NCBI GenBank assembly: GCA_964019335.1
Contig: OZ025725.1
Location: forward strand, 1-64,000
DNA: 64,000 nt
Reading direction: 5' to 3'
From: Diplonema japonicum
Lineage: Eukaryota > Protista > Euglenozoa: Diplonemea
Shown here one piece after another: positions 22,395-34,348 of this stretch (its first letter is position 1; every line of letters begins with the position of its first letter). The position numbers were made by a program, and so were the translations under genes. A model generated the notes under the pieces. The model did not search any database and was not told the DNA's origin. It saw nothing but the letters and a program-made list of their open reading frames with translations.

Positions 22395-24530
22395 TTTTGC
22401 GGCTTTTTTATGACTATAAACAATGTTCTCTCCTTTTTTTTTTTTTTAAATTCTTCTTCCCCTTTGCTGTAACGAAGAAAGAAAATCGAAAAATTAAAAA
22501 AAAACCCCCAACAAAAAAAATAAAGAGAAAGAAGAAAATCTAAACTCTTGGTTACAAACCACCCCCCCCCCCCCCCCCCCTCTCCTTGCTTGATCCAAGC
22601 AGAGGCCTCTTTGTCCCTTTAAGTTAAGTTCTCCTGTCCTCTTGGGTGTGTTAATGAAGGGGGTGTGACGGTAAGAAGAAGAGAAGAATTGTTTCCGTTC
22701 TCCTTCAACAGGCCCACGGAGTGACAGCCCCCCCCCCCCCCCCCCCCCCCAAGGGGTCAAAGCTGTCCACAATTGCGACTTTTTCAATTAGAAAAAAAAA
22801 TAGCTGCAACTTCAAAAAAAGTCTTCTTTTTTGCCATGGTTGTGTACTATTGGTATAAGCCCAAGAAGACCGGGGTTGGGGGAAAAAAAGGGGGGGGGGG
22901 GACGGTCGGATTCTAGCCTAAATTTGAAACATTAGGTTGATTAGGCCGTTACACCTAATTCTGCCGAAGCCCGTTTTCTGAACACTGCCAGGACAAGGAT
23001 GTTAGAAGCTAATTACTCTTTTTCGAAATGGCCATCGCTTGTGTTCATTTTATCACACTTTTAAAGGACTTTTTGACCCCCCCCCCCCCGCTTTGTTATG
23101 TGGCGTGACTTTTCGTTTCAAAAAAAAAAAGAAAAGGAAAGGAAAATGGAGATAAAAAAGACCAGTGATGCCCTCACAGTATTCTTTTATCCTTTTTCTT
23201 TTAGAAGACAGTAAAATACCCCCCCCCCCCTCCCCCTCTAGTGTTTTTATTCTTGTTAAGAAATAGTAAGTTTCCAAAAAAATAATAAAGTGTCGGTTTG
23301 ATCACGTGTAATATAATTGGATTGGAATTTTTAAAACAAAAAAAAAAGATCAAAAAGTAGCCCCTTCCCCCTCACGTTTTGCTTAACCTTGTTTAGCTTG
23401 TTTAGGCTTTAAAAAAAAGAAACCCCCCAATCATAGTGGATTATATCATGACGAGAGATTCGCCCCCCCCCCCCCCCCCCCACTGTTTTTGAAAAGAAAG
23501 TGTGGGACTGCTACTTTGCTACAGGTGATCAATACTACTGAGAACGAAGGGAGGTTTTTTTTTTTTTTTTTTTTCTTTTTGCAACAAACGGTAGGTTGGG
23601 AACGGTTGGGAGTCGGGAGCGCTGATTGGCCAGTAGTTGTGTTGATAGCTCTCTCCCCCCCCCCCCCCCCCCCCCGTGAGAGCCAAATTGATGGGGTCTC
23701 TGTTGCTTGTTTTTTTGTTCTCTCTTTTTTTTTCTAAGTAAAAGAAAGGTACTCGTATATCTAGAGTACACACATTCCCTTCTATTCCCTTATGCACGGT
23801 TGATGTCCCCCCCCCCCCCCTTCCCCCCTCAATAACTTCACCCCCCTTTTTTTTCTTCCACACTGTGGTCTTTATATGGTTCGTGTTTGTTACTTCGATA
23901 TTCGTTTCTGGCACTTTGGTTTTCTTTTCTGAATTTCTTTTTATTTGAGGTCCCCACCACCACCGCCAAGTACCTTTGTCTGTCTATTGCCCACAAGGAG
24001 AAAGGAAGAAAGAAAATCACTTCTTCTTTCCCCTTGTGGTGATGGACGTGTACACACTATGTTATTCTCTCTCCCTCCTCTCCTTGCGCTTCATATCTTT
24101 AAAGTTATCATGGGATTGGGAATAGCCAAAAAAAAAAGTCCCCCCCCCAAACCCATAGCCTTGCTTTATTTAATAATATCACCTCCCCCTTATTAAAAAG
24201 AAGTTTTAAAGGTGTGCAAGCGTATTTAAAACAACAACCCCAGCTGCAAAAAAAAAAAAAAAGAAAAAAAAAAGAGAGATTACAGAATTTTCTAGTTCCC
24301 TCCAACTCCCCCCCCCCCCCCCCCCCCCCCTACTCCCTTTTTTATGCTTATGTTCTTTCCCCAATCTTTCCTCGTGCCCCCTTTTTTTAACTATGCTATC
24401 CTCACTACTCACCCTTTTCTCTCCCCACATTCTTTTTTTTTTTTTCCTTCTTTCCCCGTGTCGCAATAAAATTAAAAAAGAAAATCTCTAACTTAAACAC
24501 AGAGAGCAAGGGTAAGGAAAAACCCACCCC

Positions 24531-25115
24531 ATGAGCGGGGAAGGTGCCGAGCCTGATGAATCCATAGGCGGCGATGATGAATTTATTAAAGGATTGGAGG
24601 CGCGATTGAACAAGCTGAAGGAACCGACCAAGGGGCCTGCCCTCGAGATGAGAGTAGCGAGACTGAAGGGAGAGGTGCCAGAAGAGGACTTGTGGTCACG
24701 GCTCCAGCGGTTGAAGGGGGGCAACAAGAGTCTGGCCGATCCCAAGGTCACTGCGCAATACGACAAACCTGACACGCTTGACACCATGCAGGCAAAGGGT
24801 GCTACTGAGTTCGACCAGGTCTCGGACCTCCTAGGGCAGCTGCAGGCTTCACTTGAAATGGACAGACGGCACAATGCATCCCCCCCACCGCCTGCCTCGC
24901 CCTCCACCCCGTGTAGTACTTCCAGCTCTGACTCTGAGCCCCACCGCCACCCTAACCACCCTGTAGACTTCGATGAAGTCAGCAAGATCGCTAGCCTCTT
25001 CGGGTATAAGCAACCTAGCAGCCAAAAGCAGCAACCCACCGCCACAGACGCTGAGATAGCCGCTGTGCTGAAGGAAGTCATGCAGGACAGCGACGGGGAC
25101 GGGGACGGGATGTAA
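24531..25115 (+). CDS. Hypothetical protein with repeated L..RL..LK motifs; possibly exon 1 of the downstream zinc-finger gene
   Basis: 194-aa ORF of coding-like composition (LEARLNKLK, LEMRVARLKG, LWSRLQRLKG). It ends at a GTAAGT donor-like site. Confidence 0.7.
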   Translation: MSGEGAEPDESIGGDDEFIKGLEARLNKLKEPTKGPALEMRVARLKGEVPEEDLWSRLQRLKGGNKSLADPKVTAQYDKPDTLDTMQAKGATEFDQVSDLLGQLQASLEMDRRHNASPPPPASPSTPCSTSSSDSEPHRHPNHPVDFDEVSKIASLFGYKQPSSQKQQPTATDAEIAAVLKEVMQDSDGDGDGM

Positions 25116-25221
25116 GTTACGTTTTTTCTTTCTTTCTTTCTTTCTTTCTTTTTTTTTTTTCTCTTCTTTTTTCTTCCGCTTTTCCCCCGCCCCTTTTAAT
25201 CCTTCGTTCAGGAGACAAGAG

Positions 25222-26280
25222 ATGTGCGAACTGAACGTTGAGCCTGCGGAGGCGATCCCCCGCCCCTGCATCCACAACGACTGGGACGACGTGCGACAGC
25301 GCAAAGGTGTGAAGATGCTGCGGTGCAGAGATTGCAACGCGCAGTGGCGGTGGCCCCGTGGAGCACGGAGGGGCGACAAGGGGTTGGAACGATGCATAGA
25401 CTTCCTTAACGACCGGTGCGCAAAGGAAGGGCCCGAGTGCCCCTTACTACACATCAGGAGGTCGAAGAAGTCGTTGGAAGAGCGTGTCAAGCTGTTCGGG
25501 TCTGAGGTGCTGGACGGTGTGCCGCAGGACGACAGGAAGATAACCGCACTACGCGAGGCCTCCGAAACCTTGATGGAGAAGGTGGGCCAGCCGGAGGAGT
25601 ACCAAACAGAGGACGCGAACATCACAAACCTAAAGGAGCTGGCCTTCGAGGTGGCGAAGTCCGTGCTGGTGGTCGCGTCTTCGTCAGGCCCATCGACACC
25701 CAGGGGAACGGCGGGGGCGTATCATAAGAACGGACCGCCGCCTCCACAGGGAAGCAGGCGACGGGCAAACACACCACCCCCTGTCGAGTCGTGTGTCGTG
25801 GAACCAAAGAAGTCGTACACTGAGGTGCAAGGTGCCATGAAGCGCTTTGCATTGCAGCCTGCTGCGAAACTGTTCAACATCTTTGAAGGTGATGTGATCC
25901 GTGTCCTGTGGGAGGTCGAGACCTGCAGGAACAACACAATCGGGATGGTCCCGCGGCCAAGGGCCTCAACACCGTATATCAAGTTTTTGGGGAATTTCAC
26001 AACATTCGAGGAGTGCAAGGTGGCTGCGGAGAAAGGTAACTACTACTCCTTCACATGGCACTCCAGGCAGTGCCCACGCCCCCAGTGGCGTATGCAAGGC
26101 TATGCGCTTACCCACCCAAACCACAACTGCACTACAGCAGGTCTCACCATCGAGCACTACGACCCCCCGCTGTGCCAGGGCACTATCACAGCACGGCTCA
26201 TCATCACAACATCTAAGACCGCACGAGTTTTCGGTTCTTTTGCCGCTTTCTACGATTCTGTTATTGAAGCTACCCAGTAG
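25222..26280 (+). CDS. Zinc-ribbon plus CCCH-type zinc-finger protein, probably RNA-binding
   Basis: PCIHNDWDDVRQRKG..LRCRDC, a motif I recognise from euglenozoan proteins. CIDFLNDRCAKEGPECPLLH is CCCH-like, and there is a C-terminal Cys-containing domain. Confidence 0.75.
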   Translation: MCELNVEPAEAIPRPCIHNDWDDVRQRKGVKMLRCRDCNAQWRWPRGARRGDKGLERCIDFLNDRCAKEGPECPLLHIRRSKKSLEERVKLFGSEVLDGVPQDDRKITALREASETLMEKVGQPEEYQTEDANITNLKELAFEVAKSVLVVASSSGPSTPRGTAGAYHKNGPPPPQGSRRRANTPPPVESCVVEPKKSYTEVQGAMKRFALQPAAKLFNIFEGDVIRVLWEVETCRNNTIGMVPRPRASTPYIKFLGNFTTFEECKVAAEKGNYYSFTWHSRQCPRPQWRMQGYALTHPNHNCTTAGLTIEHYDPPLCQGTITARLIITTSKTARVFGSFAAFYDSVIEATQ

Positions 26281-28539
26281 ATGGGAATAATAAGTTTATT
26301 AATTATGATATGATTCTTTGGGGGGGGGGGGGGGGGAGAGGGCTCACTGTTAGACACTCTTCACAGTGCCCTGTGGGGGAAGGGAAGAAAAAAAAATACT
26401 GTAAACCTCTTAATTACTTCTTTTCGGTGGAATAACAAAATATAAAAAAATGGGATCTGAATTTTTTTTGGGGGGGTGGCACCTTTTTCCAGAGGCGAAC
26501 CTTTCTTTTTTTTTGGGGACCAATGTTTCCAACCTCCCTGTGGTGGTTCCTGGTTATTGTGGTTTGGAGAAACACAAGCGAAAGGGAAACTCTCGTTCTG
26601 GAAATAGAAGGAGGGGGTGGGAAACCTGGCAAAGGGCAAAAAAAAAAAATTAAGAGGTTTACAGTAAACTCCCACGACAAACAAAAAAAATCTTAAACCT
26701 TCCCCCCCCCCCCCCCCCACCCCCCCCCTTCTTTTCTTTTCTTTTCTTTTCTTTTCTTTCCCCCCTTTTCCCTCCTTACAGGAGGGCACCGTGTGGTTAG
26801 AAAGAAACATGACCCGCTCATATCTCGTGTCCAAAGCGAATTCTTTTTTTTTTTTTTTTTTTTAAACGAGCAAGCGACTTGACATTGAAAGGCTGCCGAG
26901 GAGCACCTCCGTCTTAAAATCACACCTGCAAAGGTCAGATACTTTTGCAACTCGATATTTTTTACTTCGGACATCTTGGAGATTGGAGGGGTTAAAAAGG
27001 AAAAAAAAAAAAAAAAAAAAAAAAATGTGGAGAAACCATTCTCAGGGAGCGTTCAGTCGGTGTTCTAATTAAGGGGGAAAAAAAAAAAGAAACAAATGTG
27101 GAGGTAATTCTTTTTTTTTTTCTTTTTTCTTACTGTCACTAAGGCTTTGAACACTGAACCGGTAACGAGTAAATCAGTTTTGAGGTGATTTGTTTTTCTT
27201 CACCCTCCCCTCCTAGTCAGGCCCACACTATTTCCCATTATTCCCACCCCCTTTCCCTGCTTTGCTGTGTTTTGTTGGAGAGAGGAGAGTTCTGCCTGCA
27301 CAATCACCCTTCCCCCCCCCCTTTTTTTTTTCTTCGGAAAAATTAAGAGGTTTGCAGTACCACGCTTTTCATTTAATAGTGTAAAAAAAAAAAAAAAAAA
27401 GGAGAAACCAAAAAAAAAAAAAAAAAAAGAAACAGGTTGTCTTAGCCGGAAAAAAAAAAGAAAAGTAAACATTACCTAGCCCTTTTTTTGATTTCCCTTT
27501 CCCCCCCCTTTTTTTTTCCTTTTTCAAATTTTTGGTAAACTAAACAAAAAAAAAACAATTTGTGCACCAACCAATCTCCGTTCGGTATTTTTTACCGAGT
27601 TTGTTTTCAGGAGTTTGGATTCAGAGGAAGGGGGGGAGAGAAGATTACCGATGCCAACTTTATCTAGGTATGAAAGAAAAAGAAAAATATAAAAAAAAAA
27701 AAAAAAAAAAAAAGAGGAAAACAAAACGGTTTTCTTTTCCACGCACCTATAATCTTTTCAATTTCATCAGTAGGGGGGTGTGGATAATTGAAAAGAAATA
27801 AAAAAAGGGGGGAAAACAAAATAATTCGTTTCTCAAACCCATTTTCTCCCCCCCCCCCCCCGTACGGTGCATTTCAAAAACGTACTTTTGTTCCCTTCCT
27901 TCTGAAGTGACCTTACATTAAGCCCTTATTATATAAAAAGATATCACGGTGGGAAGTGAGGCTGGGATTTAAAAAAAAAAAGGGGGAAGTGCAAAAAAAG
28001 AAAAAAAGAAATTAAAAAAAAAAAAACCCCTTCTCCTGGCCTCAACTTTTCCCCTTTAATACCGACCTAATTAGAATTCGAAAGGTCCTTTGTTCTCTCT
28101 TTTTTTTTTTTTATTATATTTTATATCCCCTTCTATACCGTGAGGGGGAAAAAAAAAAAAAAAAGAAAAAAAAAACTAAAGCAATGTATCTTAGAATATT
28201 TCAGCAGGGGAAAAGAAAAAAAAAAGAGGGAAAATATACCTTTTCACACCCTTCGAGTACCCACCCATCGAATTTTCCTTTTTTTTTTTTCTCTTTTTTT
28301 TTTTCTCCTTTCTTCTTCCATCTGCCACCTTCCCTTTCCCACTGCGGCGTTGTTACACCCTCGCTTTTTTTTTTTTTCGATACATGTTTCACTGCTGCGT
28401 ACTCTATTTTGCCCCCCCCCCCCATTTTGTTCTTTCTTCTTCTATTACTACACATACTGCGCCGTAATGAATCTACCCCCTCAAAAAAAAAACCAGGCTG
28501 GTGGGCCTTGTGGTTCGGCTAGATCCTGGACCTCGGTGT

Positions 28540-29699
28540 ATGTCGGAAGGGGGAGGCAGCAACTTAAAGGAAGAAGGTATCTTGGTAGAGCCACTGCTAT
28601 TGGAAGAGGAGGAAGAAGGAAAGAAAATGTCAAGCATGACAAAGGAAGAGAGAGAGGCAACTAAGGCAAAGGTACTGGAGTGCGCGGCAGAGGACGAGGG
28701 AGCACCACTGATGACAGAACGGGACGAGACAGAGAGCGTAGGGGGCGACTCAACCGCAACACGGAGGAAGCGCAACAGGCTGTCCTTCCTAGGCGGCCGC
28801 CCTGCCAGCATCACTATCGACATACCTAAAGAAGAATCACCTCACTTTCAGCGTGCCACCACATATGACTCTACCGTAAAGAAGATCAACGAAGCTATCG
28901 AGAAGGGCAAGGACCCTGAACTCGTGGTTGCTGGTTCCAGCGGGTCTTACTGGGTCTTCCTAGGGGACGGCACCAAGGCGGGCATCTTCAAACCGAAGTC
29001 CGAGGAGCCATACGGCCCTGCAAACCCCAAATGGGCAAAGTGGTTCCATCGTGTTCTCTGCCCATGCTGCTTCGGGCGGTCGTGTCTCCTTCTCAACACC
29101 GGGTACGTCTCTGAGGCGGGTGCCTTTGCCATGGACTGTCTGCTGGACCTGCAGGTAGTCCCCCCGACGTCCATCATCAGGCTGTCTGCGAAGACGTTTA
29201 ACTACAACGCGATAGAAAAACGCCTTCCGAAGCGACCCACGAAAATAGGGTCCATGCAGCTGCTGGTGGAGTGCAACGGGGACGGGAAGAGCCTCAACGT
29301 GGACAGCCTCAACACCACGCAGAAGGTGGAGCTGCTGGACCAGTTCCAACGCCTTGTGATCCTTGACTACATGACACGGAACACGGACAGGGGGCTGGAC
29401 AACTGGCTGACGTATATCGATGGGGACACCGTTAGGATACACGCTATAGACAACGGACTGGCCTTCCCCTTCAAGGTAGAGAGAAAAAAGAAAAAAAAAA
29501 AAAACAAGAAAAAATAATTAACAACAGCACCCCGACAACTGGCGAACGTACCCACCCAGCTGGGCGTCACACACACTAGGGAAGAAACCCTTCACAAAGG
29601 CGATCAGGAGGCACGTCCTCAGACAGATCAAGAGCACCACGTGGCTGGCCAACTGCGAGCGACGGTTGAGGGAGATCATGTCCCTTGATGAGGTGTGGG

Positions 29700-29732
<33 letters not shown>

Positions 29733-29978
29733 AGATCTTTACGGAGTCTCGCTTCCAGGGGCAGATATCTGTCGTCCGAGGACAGAGGAGGAACCTCATT
29801 AAATGCATTGGTATGAAGGAAGGGGGGAAAAAAAAAGAAATGGGGCGCATAACACGCAACAGAGCGCGAAGCTTCAACGCCCGAAGAACTCTTTGCTATG
29901 CATCCACTATACATTGTTAAGAAGTCAAATGGTGAAGTGGGGTGGAAGACACACCTGCCTTGCTTTAGGTGCTGCTAA
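28540..29978 (+). CDS. PI4K2: Phosphatidylinositol 4-kinase type II (Lsb6/PI4K2 family); exons 28540-29475, 29528-29692, 29735-29810, 29863-29978
   Basis: GSSGSY, IFKPKSEEPYG, CPCCFGRSCL palmitoylation motif, LDYMTRNTDRGLDNWL, AIDNGLAFPFK|HPDNWRTYP. Splicing three A-rich introns restores QISVVRGQ..NL and a C-terminal PCFRCC*. Confidence 0.92.
29476..29527 (+). other. A-rich GT-AG intron (52 nt, phase 0)
   Basis: GTAGAG...TTAACAACAG; removal gives the conserved FPFK-HPD-W-R-YP. Confidence 0.92.
29693..29734 (+). other. Poly(A) GT-AG intron (42 nt, phase 0)
   Basis: GTGTGGG-A31-CCAG; removal deletes a spurious poly-Lys run from the kinase domain. Confidence 0.85.
29811..29862 (+). other. Purine-rich GT-AG intron (52 nt, phase 1)
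   Basis: GTATGA...ATAACACGCAACAG; removal gives a family-like tail (STPEELFAMHP...PCFRCC*). Confidence 0.8.
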
Positions 29979-30423
29979 TGACATGATAGCATTGCGTGTC
30001 ACACCTTCCCCTCCCACCCCCTCTTTTTTTTCGCTTGTAGTTTCAACCCCCTTTTTTTTTCTATTCTATTGTCCCTGATATCCCTCTACTTCCCTTTTTT
30101 TTTTCCCTCTTGCGTCGTGGTTTGTGTTATTTCTTATGTATTTGCGTCTTACTTTTTTTTCTTCTCCCCCCTTCCTCCTTCTTTCCTCGGGTAGAAGGAG
30201 GGGGAACAAAAAAAAAAGAATAGAAAAAATAAAAGGGAAAAAAAAGGGAAGAATATAAAATAGAAGAAGCAGGGGAAATAAAAAAAAAAGAAAGAAACGG
30301 AAGAACTGTTAAAAATTGTTTATCTCTTCCTTGCTGACGAGTATGATAAGCAGAAGAAGACAGACACAGAAGAGAGAGGAGGAATATATTGAAGAGTGTT
30401 AGGAGGGCCGTGCTACGCGAAAT

Positions 30424-30455
<32 letters not shown>

Positions 30456-30488
30456 TAAGTTCACTCAATGTTGTGAAGATATAAGTAA

Positions 30489-30541
<53 letters not shown>

Positions 30542-30665
30542 GCCATGAGGGAACCAGCCCTCTAGTATTTTTGTGTCTTCTCTTTCCTCTCTATGTGATG
30601 TCGAAGGTTCGTTTTCCCCAGCAGTGCAGAGAGGAAACAAAAAAAATATCATCATCAGGTTCCCA

Positions 30666-33600
30666 ATGGCTTCAGGCATCGCAGAGGGTCTTGTTGAGAG
30701 GACGGGGGCCACTGTAGTGGCTGCACAGATGGCGGCTGTGTCAAGTGCAGTGGCCTTGGGAAAAGTGAAGACCAGCGAACCTAGTGCCGTTCTAGAGGTT
30801 TGCAAGAAGATGGGCTTGTGTTTTGTAGACATGGGATTCCCCCCTGCTGCCAAGGACGGGGTGCACTGGTACAGGTCTCGTGATGCTCTCGCAAAGATGC
30901 CTCAAAGCCACCCGGTTATGATGCCGCCTTCTTCCCCACCGCTTGTCGTACCAGGCCTGTGTTCCAACCGAAGGTGGCTCGCTCTGCTGTCTCTTGTGGG
31001 GTCCCCCTCGATGCTCCACAGCGCGGACCTCTCAGCAGGGCACACCACAGTCGCCCTTCACAGCAATGTCATCATCGACGACTTCCTCCCATGGAAGCGT
31101 GGGCACCCCCTCCACGCCACCGCCTCCCCCCCTGCACACCTGTGGGTCCCCCTCGCCGAGAAGGCAGTTGCCAAGACACACGGGTCCTACAACGCACTCT
31201 CCACCGCCACACCTGACCTCGCGCGCGCTGTGCTCGACATCACCAACGGCGGCATCCTCGCAGAGCACACCTTCCGTGGAGGGGACCTCTCCGTCTTCCT
31301 CATGCACGCTGAATCGTCGCTTGTCCTCCTGAAGCCATCAGGGAGGCTCCACCAGCCGCACTCCGTGTACACCATAGCTAGAGTGGCACCCACGCAGAGC
31401 AGCATCCTCGTCTACTGCCCTGTCGTGGACCAGCACATGACCCACGGTACTGATGGTGCCAAGCTGGTGGACGCAAGGTGGGTGCACCTTGGAGAGTTGG
31501 AGAGTTTCTTCGGCACGTGGTCTACAGTTTCCGTGAATGATAGTTACCTGGCGAGGAAAACCCCTCCCGTGGATCTCAGTTCCCTGTCAGAAAGCAGTTT
31601 CGACATCTTAGGTACTGGCAGCGTGCCAACGCCCAGCCACATTGCGGTGCAACCCGTTCTGCCGCCGCCGCCACCGCCACAGCGAACTGACAGCAGCAGG
31701 AAGGTGGAGACGCTCGAGCAAGAGGTTCAAGCACTGACTCAACTACACCTGGATGCCTTGCAGAGCGAAGTAGGCACCGATAGCAACCGTACACTGACAA
31801 ACAGGATCAGGCTCTTGAAGCAGACATTAGTGAGGCTGCAAGACGAGAACACGCGCAAGGTGGACTACACTCTCGAGGATGGTATCCTGACGGTGCTGGG
31901 CACCAAGTGGCAGCGTTACACAGAAGGCGACATCGTCGACTACTCGTCGCAAGTGCAGAGGCAGGCAAGGGAGCTGGAGCTGAGTGAACGGCAGCACAAG
32001 ACAGAAGCCAAGAACTTGCGGAGGCAGCTAGCCGAGCTGCAGGTGGCCCTCGAAAGCAGGTCGTCGCAAGAAGCAACAGCATCAGCAACCGTCATCGAGG
32101 CGCAGAAGCAGCACATCAACCAGCTGTACAATGACCTGAACAATCTGGCAGCAATCCCCCCCCACACCCCGGCCCCTGTGCTGCCAGTTTCCGACCCAGT
32201 GATCGGTGAGTTGGAATACACTATCAAAGCACTTTCAAGGGAATTAGGGGAGGCCCACCAAGCAGTACAGGTAACCGAAGGGATTAAGATTGAGCTGCAC
32301 AGTGCGAGAGACCTAATCGCGAAGCTGACGCAGTGCAGCGAGATGCAAGAAACAAAGCTGCAGAGGTTGGAGCTGCAATTGCTGAACGAGAAGAGCAAGG
32401 CGAGCGACTACGTGAAGCTTGAGGTGAAGGCAACGAAGTACGAGAAAGACCTTGGCAACTCGCAGGAGAGCATGGATGCTCTGAAGGAGACTGTTGCAAC
32501 GCTTCAGAGCGAAAAAGGACGGCTGGAGGCCCTACCAAAAGAGAACGAGGTACTTACAAGAGAGCTTCAGGCGTCGCGTAGCGAGGTGGAAAGCCTCAAA
32601 GATGATAGTGTCGCGTTGTCATCAGAGCTCGCAGCGGCACGCGTGGACCATGCCAGTGTCAAGGCAGGGCTGGAGGCGGAGAGCAACGAGCACCTGCTGC
32701 TGAAGGACAACTATGCCACTCTTCGCAACGAGCTAGCGGCACTGCAAGAAAGCCACGCTGCGTTGGAAGGCACACACACAGACCTGCAGGACACTTGCAC
32801 ACGGTTAGAGAGGCAATACAACAAAGCATCAGATGAAGTGACTGGCATCACGAAGGAACTGGAGCGTACCTTGGACGTGGTGAGGGCATTAGAGACAGGA
32901 AAGAGCGACCTCACTACAGAAACAGCTAAGCTGGCGACGGACCTGGCAAACATGAGCAGGCAGTACAGAGAGACGTCGGACAGCAACATGACCAAGGAGA
33001 AGGAGATCAACGAGCTCAGGGCACAAGTGGCAGAGACCAACAGGGAGCTAAGGGAACAGACGGCAGAAGTTAAATGTCACATGGACGCCAAGGTGGTCCT
33101 GCAGGACAAGCTGACAACGGTGCAGAACGAGTTCATAGACCTCAAGCAGGAGGCGAGACGGGACGCTGCACAACTCCAGCTGGTGGAAAGCGAGAAGCAA
33201 AAACTGGAAACTGGCAACGCCAAACTGGAAGGGGAGAAGCAAAACCTTGAGACAGACAAAGCCGAGCTTGAAAAGGACAGGCAAACGTTGAGAGGCGAGA
33301 AGCAACGGCTTGAGGGTGAGGTGCAGAGGCTGGAGGGAGAACGCCAAAGGCTGGAGGAATCCTTCAAGACGACAAAATTGGAGCTGGATGCGAATGTGGA
33401 TAAAGTATCGAACCTGGGCAGCATGCTGCATACAAGCCAGGACACAGCGAACGCCGCACAGCAGCAGTACGTCGTCCTTCAGGAGACAGCAGCGAAGGAT
33501 CAGAGCAAAGTGCAGCAGTTGCTACGTGCGGTGGACACAGCGAACACAACCATCCAGGAGTCGGCCACACGCCTCAATGATGCGCAGACGAGACTACGGG

Positions 33601-34231
33601 AAGTGACGGCAGACTTGGAGACACAGAAAAACACCAATAAAGATATCGGAATGCAGCTGAAGGCAACACAAGACAATCTTGTGACAACAAAGGCACAGCT
33701 GGAGGTGACCACGAGCGAGCTGCAGAACGCCAACACAACCATCAGCACCGTGAAAGGGCTCAACGCAAACCTGCAAACAGAAAACGAAGACCTGGCGAAC
33801 AAGAAAGAAAGCTTGGTAATACCCGGGAAAAAAAAAAAAAAAAAATACAAAAACAGAACAAAGAACTAGACGAGAAAAAAGAGCTAGCAGATAGTCTAGA
33901 GAGGACCTTAGAAGAGAAGACACAACAGCTCGAAAAAACAGAAAAAGAAGCACAAGATGTGAAAGAAGCAGGCATCGACACAGGCAGGAGGCTAGACGCC
34001 TCACTCACCTCGAACATGATCCTGAAGGAGAGCATGGACGAGAGGCTCATGAAGACGCAGAGGATGCTCATGGAACAAGAAGAGGAGAACATATCCTTGC
34101 GCAGAAACATGGTAACGTTGTTGTCGGGACCGCAGACACCGGAGTTCAAATCCTTTGCCAGTCCACTAACGGTGGCATCACCCTCTGTTCACAGGTCCTT
34201 CAGCCCCTTGAGGAAGAGGCTCCTCTCTTAG
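30666..34231 (+). CDS. Calpain-like protein (CysPc domain lacking the catalytic Cys motif) with long coiled coil; exons 30666-33815 and 33857-34231
   Basis: FVDMGFPP, WYR, VIIDDFLP, LWVPLAEKAVAKTHGSYNAL are calpain hallmarks, but QGxLGDCW is replaced by PGLCSNRRW. Heptad repeats (EKQ.LE.) at ~33190-33360. Confidence 0.82.
33816..33856 (+). other. Poly(A) GT-AG intron (41 nt, phase 0)
   Basis: GTAATACCCGGG-A18-TACAAAAACAG; removal joins the coiled coil in frame to the 33959-34231 ORF (KESL|NKELDEKKEL). Confidence 0.85.
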
Positions 34232-34348
34232 ACACGGTAGATATGTAATATTACACTGTTTGTTGTTGTACATGTTTTTATTTTTCTTTATCCCCCCTCC
34301 CCCTCCCACTTACCATACATGACCCCAGAGTGTTAGTAGAATCACAAC

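Noticed and set aside
22841-22860. TGTACTATTGGTAT resembles the spliced-leader exon/intron junction
   Set aside because: The upstream sequence does not match an SL exon and there is no tandem array.
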